Of a DNA stretch of 19,882 nt, positions 12,892 to 19,882 are shown one piece after another (positions within the stretch are counted from its first letter, which is position 1; the number at the start of each line of letters is the position of its first letter). The notes below the pieces were generated by a model that saw only the letters and a list, made by a program, of their open reading frames with translations, was not told where the DNA came from and did not search any database. Source of the stretch: Methanobacteriota archaeon (GTDB taxonomy: Archaea; Thermoplasmatota; Thermoplasmata; SG8-5; DAIRED01); assembly GCA_043799545.1 (NCBI GenBank), contig JAZDNO010000015.1, positions 1 through 19,882 of the forward strand. Reading direction: 5' to 3'. The position numbers and the translations under genes were made by a program.

Positions 12892-14859
12892 CTACATGAA
12901 CAGGAATAGAATTCTGTAAAGAAGCCCGCCCAGCAGCACCGCGAGGCTGATTTCTGCAAAGGATATCGCCGCAGCCCACCTCCACCCGACCTCCTTCACG
13001 AGCGCAGCGATCGTCGAGATGCAAGGCACGTACACCATCACGACGAAACCGAATATGAATATCTGGAGGGGAGTCATTATGGCGATTACGTCTGCGGTCC
13101 CTGCCACAGATGCCAGCAGCACAAGCGTCGCCTCCTTTCTCAGCACACCTATCAAGAGGAGTGCTCCTGTGAATGCCGGCAGGCCGAGCCAAAACACTGT
13201 GACGGGGCTCATGGCGCTTGCTATAGCGTCCAGGTGCCCCGAGAGGCGCAGCCCTTCGAGGACCACGCTCCCGGCCACTATCAGAGGCACGGCCATTGTC
13301 AAGAAAGGCCTGAACCTCGTCCACGCCTGCCTGAGGACGACCTTCGCTGACGGCGTGCGATACTGAGGTATTTCCAGTATAATCCCCACCGAGACTCCCG
13401 GGACGAGCCTGTTCAGCGCCCTCCCGACCACGAATATCAGAGCGAAGTCTATGACGTAGAGGAGCACGGCCCATTGAAAGCCCAAGTAGACCCCGACCAG
13501 CCCCAGGATGACCGCGGTCCTCGCGGAGCAGGGGACCATGGTCGAGAGGAAGGTCGCGATGAGCTTGTCACGCTTGTTCTCCATTATCCTGCAGCCCACG
13601 CACGCCGGGACATTGCATCCAAGCCCGACGATCATCGGGATGCACGCCTTTCCGTGGAGGCCCACGAGGTGGCAAGGCCTGTCCATCAGGTAGGCGACCC
13701 TGGGCAGATATCCGGAGTCCTCCAGCACCCCCAGAATGATGTAGAAAGGCAATAGGAAACCGAGCGCGACGCCGAGCGCTGCATATAGCCCTACAACTCC
13801 ACCATCCCAGGCCAGAGTGGGCCAGAATCCGGCGAGGGCGGGCCTCAGCCCCTCGAACACGTTCGTCAGGAAGCCGGAGACCAATCCGCCGACCGTCGAT
13901 ACGAATGCGAGGATGGCCAACATGACGAAGAACATCATCGCGTAGCCCCAGACGCCGTTCATGCTCAGCGCATCCAGGCGCTCGCCGGGCGAGACCTTGC
14001 CGGATTTGGAGAAATTCTGACTCTCGCCGGCAATCCTCGCGGCCGCCGCATACCTCTCCGAGGATATGACGACGGAGCATGGCTCCCTGTGTGTGCGAGA
14101 AATTTCGTCCTGCAATATCTTCACGGTGTCGAGGACCCGTGGGTTCTTTGAGGCCACAAGCTTTGTCAGTTCCTCGTCGCCCTCTAGCAGCTTGATTGCC
14201 GCCCACCTCTTCGGGTAATCGATTTTCACGTTTTCGAGCGCCCGCTCAATCTTCTCTATCCTCGTTTCTACCTCCGCGCCGTACTTAATGGGATATGGCC
14301 TTCGCCCGGAGGAGGCTACCTCGATTGCCTCGTCCATGGCTTCGTGCACGCCGACGCCCCTGGTCGCTATGACGGGGAAGACCGGGATTCCGAGCCGCGC
14401 CGCCATCTTCTCGTAGTCAATCGATATCCCCCGCTTCTTAGCCACGTCCGTCATGTTGACGGCGACGGCGAGGGGAGCCCCCATCTCGATGAGCTGCAAC
14501 GTGAAGAAGAGGTTCCGCTCCAGCGCCGTGGCGTCGACAACGTTGAGGACGGCGTCCGGGTGCTCCCTCGCTATGTATTCCCTCGACACAATCTCCTCTA
14601 TCGAATAGGTCGAGAGCGAGTAGATGCCCGGCAGGTCCACTATCCTGATTTTCAGCCCATGGTGGACTAGAATGCCCCCGGCCTTCTCGACGGTCTTCCC
14701 GGGCCAGTTTCCGACGGTCTGCTCCGCGCCCGTCAGCTGGTTGAATATCGCGCTCTTTCCGACGTTGGCGGTCCCGGCGAGGGCGATGACCAGCTCCGCG
14801 TTACCGGGCTCGAGTGCACTCCCCTTCTGTGTACGCTCCGCTCGTTCGGCGTCCGCCAT
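12892..14859 (-). CDS. feoB: Ferrous iron transporter FeoB
   Basis: G1 GTANVGKS, G2 VGNWPGKTVE, G3 DLPG, G4 NMTD; gate motifs LEDSGYLPR, GLGCNVP, PCSAR, YVPCIST. Start ATG 14859 follows a GGGTGAGG SD overlapping the dtxR stop. Confidence 0.95.
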   Translation of the reverse strand: MADAERAERTQKGSALEPGNAELVIALAGTANVGKSAIFNQLTGAEQTVGNWPGKTVEKAGGILVHHGLKIRIVDLPGIYSLSTYSIEEIVSREYIAREHPDAVLNVVDATALERNLFFTLQLIEMGAPLAVAVNMTDVAKKRGISIDYEKMAARLGIPVFPVIATRGVGVHEAMDEAIEVASSGRRPYPIKYGAEVETRIEKIERALENVKIDYPKRWAAIKLLEGDEELTKLVASKNPRVLDTVKILQDEISRTHREPCSVVISSERYAAAARIAGESQNFSKSGKVSPGERLDALSMNGVWGYAMMFFVMLAILAFVSTVGGLVSGFLTNVFEGLRPALAGFWPTLAWDGGVVGLYAALGVALGFLLPFYIILGVLEDSGYLPRVAYLMDRPCHLVGLHGKACIPMIVGLGCNVPACVGCRIMENKRDKLIATFLSTMVPCSARTAVILGLVGVYLGFQWAVLLYVIDFALIFVVGRALNRLVPGVSVGIILEIPQYRTPSAKVVLRQAWTRFRPFLTMAVPLIVAGSVVLEGLRLSGHLDAIASAMSPVTVFWLGLPAFTGALLLIGVLRKEATLVLLASVAGTADVIAIMTPLQIFIFGFVVMVYVPCISTIAALVKEVGWRWAAAISFAEISLAVLLGGLLYRILFLFM

Positions 14860-14861
14860 CC

Positions 14862-15539
14862 TCACCCTTCCTGCGGAACGACTAGAATCTTCTCGGCTAT
14901 CCCCCGACCTATGACGAGATTGCAGCATCTCGCGCAGACCTCTACTGGCCCTTTAAGGGGAGCAGCCCTGACCAGGGTGACCATGGTTCCTGGAGTCAAC
15001 CCGAGGTCCGAAAGCCTCTCGACGACCGCCTTGCCGCCCTTTATCGTCGCGACCATTGCTTTATTGCCGGGCTGGAGGCTCGTGAGAGGTACCGCTCCCC
15101 CCTCGGAAATGCAAGCTTCACAGTCCTCCGACTTCGATGCGCATTCCGGTATCGGGCTGCCGTGCGGGCATTCTTTGGGCCCTCCGAGCAATCGGCAAAT
15201 GGCCTCCTCGGTCTCGTCCGATATGGCATGCTCCATCTTGCACGCCTCCTCGTGGACCTTCTTCCCGTCTATCCGGAGCACCTTGGACAAGAAGACCTCC
15301 AGGAGCCTGTGCTTGCGCTTGATGCTGCAAGCCACCTTGAGCCCTTTGTCGGTCAGTTTGGTCCCGGCATAGGGCTTGTAATCGACCAGCCCCCTCGATG
15401 CGAGTCTCTGCAAAACTTCCGTGACGCTGGCCGGGGCGACTCCTAATCTCGAGGCCAAATCGCCGGTCTTCACCTGGTCGTTTTCCCTCGAAAGCTCATA
15501 GAGCGCTTCCAGATATTCGTCGATGTTCTCCTTTGCCAT
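14862..15539 (-). CDS. DtxR/IdeR/MntR-family metal-dependent repressor fused to a FeoA domain
   Basis: ENIDEYLEALY, LGVAPASVTE, RKHRLLEVFL, HEEACKMEH, CPHG, then a FeoA SH3 domain (LSDLGLTPG...APLKGPVEV). Confidence 0.93.
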   Translation of the reverse strand: MAKENIDEYLEALYELSRENDQVKTGDLASRLGVAPASVTEVLQRLASRGLVDYKPYAGTKLTDKGLKVACSIKRKHRLLEVFLSKVLRIDGKKVHEEACKMEHAISDETEEAICRLLGGPKECPHGSPIPECASKSEDCEACISEGGAVPLTSLQPGNKAMVATIKGGKAVVERLSDLGLTPGTMVTLVRAAPLKGPVEVCARCCNLVIGRGIAEKILVVPQEG

Positions 15540-15549
15540 ACAGTCAAGG

Positions 15550-15565
15550 TTTAGGTGTCCCTAAA
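15550..15565. promoter_or_regulatory. Putative DtxR-family operator
   Basis: Perfect palindrome TTTAGG-TGTC-CCTAAA, 10 nt upstream of the dtxR ATG and abutting an AT-rich TATA-like tract. The TTAGG/CCTAA core matches DtxR-family boxes. Confidence 0.7.
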
Positions 15566-15633
15566 ATAAATAGTTATCTCCTGATTGAAAACTTGATGCA
15601 ATCTCGCCGCTCGTCCTCTTTTAAAGCGGAGCA

Positions 15634-15685
15634 TCTTAATAAGAATCATTAAATATTTAATAGGATATGAGATTCACAATGAATC
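15634..15685 (+). promoter_or_regulatory. znuA promoter with palindromes (candidate operator of the NikR-like regulator)
   Basis: 14-bp perfect palindrome ATTAAATATTTAAT (15648-15661) over the TATA box; TCTTA-A-TAAGA (15634-15644); GATTCA-CAA-TGAATC (15671-15685) over the likely start codon. Confidence 0.5.
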
Positions 15686-16572
15686 GCAAGCAACTGGCGC
15701 TCGTCGTGGCAAGCACTGCCGTCGCGTGCGCGCTCGTCGCCGCCGCGCTATTCACCGGCGGTTTGACTTCAAGCGATGAGCGGTTAAAGGTCGTTGCCAG
15801 CTTCTACCCGCTTGCCTATTTTGCCGAAGAAATCGGGGGTGAAAAAGCGAAGGTCGACGTTCTGATACCGGAGAATGCCGAACCCCACGCGTGGGAGCCT
15901 AGCACGTCCGACATCCTGAAGGTGGACAAGGCGGACGTCTTCATATATAACGGCGGTGGCTTCGAGCCTTGGATCGGGAATTTCCTGGATTCCGCGCACA
16001 ACGGCGCGCTGACCGTCGTCGATACTAGCGCAGGCATCGCCATCTCCGGCGACCCACACTTCTGGCTGGACCCGCTGTCGGCTAAGCTGCAAGTCGACAA
16101 TATTTTGGCTGGATTTTCATCGGCCGACCCGGGCAACGCTGGACTCTACGAGGCCAACGCCCAGGCTTTGAAGGGCCGACTCGACAAGCTGAACCAGGAC
16201 TACGTGGATGGCCTCGCCGGACGCTTGAAAAATGACATCGTAACCACCCACGAGGGCTTCGACTACATGGCCAACAGGTACGGTTTCAACGCCCATGCGG
16301 CGATAGGCATATCGGCCGACGAACAGCCATCGGTCCAGGCAATTGCGGACCTGGTGGACATCGTCCACGGCCTGGGCATCCACTACGTCTTCGTCGAGCC
16401 CGTCTACTCCGACCAGTACATGGAGACCATCGCCGCCGAAACGGGGGCGCAAACCCTCGTGCTCGACGGCATCCACGGCAGGACTGGCGTCCACTCCGGG
16501 ATGGACTATTTCGAGATAATGTACGCGAATCTGGAGCAGCTCAGGATTGGCCTTGAGGCGCCAGGAGTTTGA
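15679..16572 (+). CDS. znuA: Metal ABC transporter substrate-binding protein (cluster A-I, ZnuA/TroA-like)
   Basis: N-terminal TM anchor, VVASFYPL, EPHAWEP, DPHFWLDP, THEGFDY, EQPS. ATG 15667 is an alternative start. Zn specificity is inferred. Confidence 0.9.
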   Translation: MNRKQLALVVASTAVACALVAAALFTGGLTSSDERLKVVASFYPLAYFAEEIGGEKAKVDVLIPENAEPHAWEPSTSDILKVDKADVFIYNGGGFEPWIGNFLDSAHNGALTVVDTSAGIAISGDPHFWLDPLSAKLQVDNILAGFSSADPGNAGLYEANAQALKGRLDKLNQDYVDGLAGRLKNDIVTTHEGFDYMANRYGFNAHAAIGISADEQPSVQAIADLVDIVHGLGIHYVFVEPVYSDQYMETIAAETGAQTLVLDGIHGRTGVHSGMDYFEIMYANLEQLRIGLEAPGV

Positions 16573-16578
16573 TGTCAA

Positions 16579-17379
16579 ATGGAAAACGGGGCGGTTGAAG
16601 GCGGCAGGGTGCCAGTCTTGGAGGTCGAGGACCTCAACATATCCCGGGAAAAAGAGGTAGTTGTGAAGAATGCAAGCTTCAAGATTTTCAGGGGCGAGTA
16701 TGTAGGCATCATCGGCCCGAACGGCGGGGGCAAGACCACGCTCCTTCTCGGAATCCTCGGCACGCTGAAGCCGGACCGCGGTATCGTGAAGATTTTCGGC
16801 ACGGATTCGCGCTCGTTCGACCAGTGGGAAAAAGTTGCTTACGTTTCACAGAACGCCGTCAACTTCGACTCCAGCTTCCCCATGACCGTCAGGGAGATGG
16901 TCTCGCTCGGGCGCGTGGGGCGTCGCAACCTCGGCAGGAAGCTCTCCGAAGAGGACTGGAAGTCCGTCGATGAGCACCTGGAATTGCTCGGATTGGGAGA
17001 GATGGCCGGCAAAAGGGTTGGCGAACTCTCAGGCGGGCAGAAGCAGCGGGTCTTCGTCGCCAAAGCCCTCGTCAGGGGCCCTGAGCTGCTGCTGCTGGAC
17101 GAACCGATTGCGGGCGTCGACCCGACCGCCCAGGAGGCGTTTTACAAGAAGCTGAGCGACCTCAACACCGAGCGCGGGCTGACGATAATCATCGTCTCGC
17201 ACGACCTGACGGCGGTCTTCTGCCGGATGTCCAAAGTAATCTGCGTAAGCGGGGAGGTCAACGTTTCGGAAATCGCCGAGGGGTTCGAGCCGACCGAGCT
17301 GCTGCGCAAGGCGTACGGGGAGCACTTCCACTTTGTTTATCACAGGCACTCTTGCGAGGGGGAATTCCGTGGCGCTTGA
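16579..17379 (+). CDS. znuC: Metal ABC transporter ATPase
   Basis: GPNGGGKTT, LSGGQKQR, LLLDEP, VSHD, C-terminal HFHFVYHRH. Confidence 0.92.
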   Translation: MENGAVEGGRVPVLEVEDLNISREKEVVVKNASFKIFRGEYVGIIGPNGGGKTTLLLGILGTLKPDRGIVKIFGTDSRSFDQWEKVAYVSQNAVNFDSSFPMTVREMVSLGRVGRRNLGRKLSEEDWKSVDEHLELLGLGEMAGKRVGELSGGQKQRVFVAKALVRGPELLLLDEPIAGVDPTAQEAFYKKLSDLNTERGLTIIIVSHDLTAVFCRMSKVICVSGEVNVSEIAEGFEPTELLRKAYGEHFHFVYHRHSCEGEFRGA

Positions 17380-18187
17380 TGCGGCCTGGCTTGGCCTTTT
17401 CGGGTACGATTTCTTCCAGAGGGCGCTCCTTGGCGGAACGTTGGCGGCCGCGGCGTGCGCCTGGGTCGGGCTCTTCCTCATCCTGCGGAGGGAATCGATG
17501 CTCGGCGACGGGGTAGCTCACACGGCCTTCGGGGGAATCGCCCTCGGGCTGCTGCTGGGGATTTCGCCGCTCCTGGCGGCCCTAGTTGTGTCGATAGCAT
17601 CGGCCCTCGGCATCGCTTATATGAGGAAGAAGGGCATCGCCAACTCCGACTCGGCCATCGCGGTCATAATGGCCATGGGCTTTGCCATCGGTCTGATAAT
17701 CATCTCGCTGGCCGGCGGGTTCAACGTCGAGATAATGAGCTACCTCTTCGGCTCGATTCTGACAATAAACATGGAGGACTTGGCCATAGTCACGGCCCTC
17801 GCGGTCGTGGTGTTGGTGTTCCTCGGGACATTCTACAAGGAGCTGATGTCCATGACCTTCGACGAGGAGGCGGCGAGGATGTCCGGCATTCCGGTCGGCG
17901 CCATGTCGATCGCCTTCAATATCCTCATCGCGACGACGATAGTCGTTTCGATAAAGGTCATAGGAATCATCCTCGTCACCGCGTTGATGATAGTCCCGGG
18001 GCTGACGGCGCTGCAGTTAAGACTTTCGTTCAGGCGCACGGTCACCGCCACCATCGGGTTCGGGACGCTGGCCACGGTGCTCGGGCTCGCCTTGTCGGCC
18101 ATCTATGCCGTCGCCGCGAGCGGGGTGGTGGTGTTCACCGCGGTCGCCATGCTCGCTTTCGTCGTAGCCTACAGGAGGCTCGGTTAA
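17369..18187 (+). CDS. znuB: Metal ABC transporter permease (ABC-3 family)
   Basis: FFQRAL, GDGVAHTAFGG, YLFGSIL, FDEEAAR, IKVIGIILV. The likely start is GTG 17369 after GAGGGGG. Confidence 0.92.
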   Translation: MALDAAWLGLFGYDFFQRALLGGTLAAAACAWVGLFLILRRESMLGDGVAHTAFGGIALGLLLGISPLLAALVVSIASALGIAYMRKKGIANSDSAIAVIMAMGFAIGLIIISLAGGFNVEIMSYLFGSILTINMEDLAIVTALAVVVLVFLGTFYKELMSMTFDEEAARMSGIPVGAMSIAFNILIATTIVVSIKVIGIILVTALMIVPGLTALQLRLSFRRTVTATIGFGTLATVLGLALSAIYAVAASGVVVFTAVAMLAFVVAYRRLG

Positions 18188-18188
18188 G

Positions 18189-18590
18189 ATGGCCCGCGAC
18201 GCGGCAAAGGTCGTCTCCTTGAGCCTGCCAGACAGCATACTGGGCGACATAGACCGGGCCGTAGCCGATATAGGTTATCCCAGCCGCTCCGAGCTCGTCC
18301 GGGACGCCGTGCGCTCCTTCCTGCGGGAGAGGTCCGAAGTGGCGGCTCTCTCGGGGCACATCAACGGCATCCTGATACTCATTTACGACCATGGCTGCGC
18401 CGCGCGCGTCTCGGAGGTCAGGCACCGCCACATGGGCGTTTTCAAATCATTCATGCATGCCGACTTCGACGAAGGCGAAGACTGCTGCGAAGTTCTGATG
18501 TTCTGCGGGGAAGCGGCCAAGGTGAAAGAATCGTACGACCAGCTCAAGACCATCGTCGGCGTGAAGGAGACGCGGCTCTTCCTGGCGTGA
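18189..18590 (+). CDS. NikR-family (RHH plus ACT-like) metalloregulator with variant metal site
   Basis: VSLSLP..IL..ID, SRSELVRDAVR, then a C-terminal domain RH..........HAD.....CCEV. Confidence 0.85.
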   Translation: MARDAAKVVSLSLPDSILGDIDRAVADIGYPSRSELVRDAVRSFLRERSEVAALSGHINGILILIYDHGCAARVSEVRHRHMGVFKSFMHADFDEGEDCCEVLMFCGEAAKVKESYDQLKTIVGVKETRLFLA

Positions 18591-18633
18591 GCCGCCTGTT
18601 TCCCCTTTGTGTCGCATTACAACTTGGAAGAAG

Positions 18634-18999
18634 TCAATGGCAGCTATGGCCTGCGCAGGCCATGTCCGGTTTGAGCTCGACGAGCTTACCGGCCTTGTAG
18701 TTGGCCACCGCAGAGCTGATGGTTTCACCATCCAAAAGGTAAACCTTGATGCCGGCTTGGTTGAACATGTCGACAGCCCTGCGACCCATGCCGCCGGTTA
18801 TAACTGCGCCGGCCCCCTCACCGGCGATGGCGGCTACCGGTTGGCAGGCGCCGTGCTCGTGCTGCTCGTGGTTGTTCTGAACCATCTTCAGCTTGCCCGA
18901 TTCTACATCGTAAAATGCGAAATAGGGGGCGCTCCCGAAATGAAAGTAGACTTTAGATTCCAGACCCTTGCTCTCCATCGTCGGCATGCAGATTTTCAT
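18634..18999 (-). CDS. NifB/NifX-family protein 3
   Basis: GLESKVYFHFGSAPYF, HEQHEHGACQP, TGGMGRRA, C-terminal ACAGHSCH. GGAGTGA SD. Confidence 0.9.
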   Translation of the reverse strand: MKICMPTMESKGLESKVYFHFGSAPYFAFYDVESGKLKMVQNNHEQHEHGACQPVAAIAGEGAGAVITGGMGRRAVDMFNQAGIKVYLLDGETISSAVANYKAGKLVELKPDMACAGHSCH

Positions 19000-19052
19000 A
19001 TTATCACTCCAAACATGTAGGCTGTGGGCTTAATTTTCACCACAACATACAG

Positions 19053-19075
19053 TTAGGTGAACCCTTAATAAAACA
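19053..19075 (-). promoter_or_regulatory. Degenerate DtxR-type box plus TATA upstream of nifX-like gene 3
   Basis: The minus strand reads TTTTATTAAGGGTTCACCTAA, against TTTATTTTAGGGACACCTAA at the dtxR promoter. Confidence 0.45.
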
Positions 19076-19097
19076 GTATGTTATCTAACTTCCGTTA

Positions 19098-19433
19098 CTA
19101 TATTTTTATTTCCCTGCCAACACCGACTCTACAATCTCCCCTCGCAATCTCCTTCGCCTTCTGTTTCCCCATCTCCGTGAAGACGTACACACCGACCTCG
19201 AGCATCTGCCTCTGGACCTCGTCTGTTATCCACTCACGGTCGTGCTCCGCGACCTCCTTGTTCAGCTCCGCAGCGATGTCGTCAATCAGAGGATCCAGGA
19301 AGTCGTAGAGCTTCGACTTGTGCCTCGTCAAGATGGCCACTGCGTGCCTGCGCAGCCTATCGTTGGCGTATACCTGCACAGCGAAGAACGAGACGATTGC
19401 GACCAGCAGCGCGAAATGCTCCAGGGACATCAT
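19098..19433 (-). CDS. Hypothetical protein with an N-terminal TM helix (flank, virus/MGE-like)
   Basis: 111 aa, AGGTGA SD, hydrophobic HFALLVAIVSFFAVQVY, high GC3 except for the last 13 codons. Confidence 0.65.
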   Translation of the reverse strand: MMSLEHFALLVAIVSFFAVQVYANDRLRRHAVAILTRHKSKLYDFLDPLIDDIAAELNKEVAEHDREWITDEVQRQMLEVGVYVFTEMGKQKAKEIARGDCRVGVGREIKI

Positions 19434-19443
19434 TTTATCACCT

Positions 19444-19462
19444 TGAAATTAAAGAAAAAGGG
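19444..19462 (-). terminator. Possible archaeal oligo-T terminator tract
   Basis: The minus strand reads CCCTTTTTCTTTAATTTC shortly after the stop of 19477..19878. Confidence 0.3.
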
Positions 19463-19476
19463 TTTTGTGGAGGTCT

Positions 19477-19878
19477 TCAGTCGTCGATCTCGGGTTCCGG
19501 GGGCCACATGAACGGGTACACCTCGTGGTACCTCGTCATGTCCACCACGAAGATGCGCGCCTCGTGGCCGAGCGCCTCGATGTCGACCATCGCCTGGTTG
19601 ACCTGGGGCCATTGCTGGTTCCCGGGCGTCACCGGCTCGGCGATGTCCATTATCTCTTCGACGTCGGTCTGCAGCGCCGTCAGCGCCGCGCGGACGTTCT
19701 GGACCCTGGCGCGTATCTGCGCCTTGAGCTGGGCGTCCAGCCCGTCGCAGAGCTCCAGGATCTCCGTGCACTTGTTCCTCGCGGTCCCTATCTGGGTCGT
19801 GGCGTCCACCGATATCGGCTCCAGCACGTCCGGGGTTTCTCCCGGCGCGCTATTCACTTGGGTTGTTCTGTGAACCAT
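19477..19878 (-). CDS. Hypothetical acidic/helical protein (flank, possibly 5' partial)
   Basis: 133 aa, high GC3, heptad-like central segment (LDAQLKAQIRARVQNVRAALTALQTDVEEI). The start is 4 nt from the window edge. Confidence 0.6.
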   Translation of the reverse strand: MVHRTTQVNSAPGETPDVLEPISVDATTQIGTARNKCTEILELCDGLDAQLKAQIRARVQNVRAALTALQTDVEEIMDIAEPVTPGNQQWPQVNQAMVDIEALGHEARIFVVDMTRYHEVYPFMWPPEPEIDD

Positions 19879-19882
19879 TTTG

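Larger units (their letters stand above)
1357..19139. mobile_element. Putative cargo island for metal homeostasis and metallocluster handling
   Basis: Functional coherence of the central block, inward-pointing hypothetical flanks, and codon-usage breaks at ~1357 and ~19139. No integrase, transposase or att repeat was seen. Confidence 0.4.

Noticed and set aside
14860-14928. FeoB N-terminal extension from 14928
   Set aside because: It overlaps the FeoA domain of dtxR, and a good SD sits directly before ATG 14859.

Overview
Archaeal-style DNA: GGAGGTGA-type Shine-Dalgarno sites, TTTAAATA-type TATA boxes, pyruvoyl arginine decarboxylase, AGG/ATA codons. The host lineage cannot be fixed from sequence alone. 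The window has three parts. (1) Left flank, 1-~1430, + strand: four short GC3-rich genes of virus/MGE character (two tandem paralogues of an uncharacterised family, a DUF4257/holin-like membrane protein, a DUF3467-like protein). (2) A ~17.7 kb metal-homeostasis and metallocluster block, ~1430-19100. It holds a ~9 kb minus-strand operon (DUF134, an unannotated 40-aa Cys/His peptide, DUF5320, Mrp/NBP35, a Zn-knuckle peptide, 2x NifB/NifX, a Nox/CoADR-type flavoprotein, DUF1847, radical SAM, 2x ferredoxin-containing MinD-like ATPases, IscU/NifU, TrmO/TsaA, PdaD). It also holds an EncFtn-like ferritin, a pair of paralogous small membrane proteins, a TehB-like methyltransferase, a CGGC protein, dtxR-feoA/feoB, a znuACB-type ABC system with a variant NikR-family regulator, and a third NifB/NifX gene. 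(3) Right flank, ~19100-19882, - strand: two GC3-rich hypothetical genes. Both flanks point inward and both flank-terminal ORFs show an abrupt codon-usage break, which suggests the metal block is cargo inserted into a virus-like element. No integrase, capsid, tRNA, rRNA or CRISPR array is visible. All family assignments come from motif recognition, not database searches.
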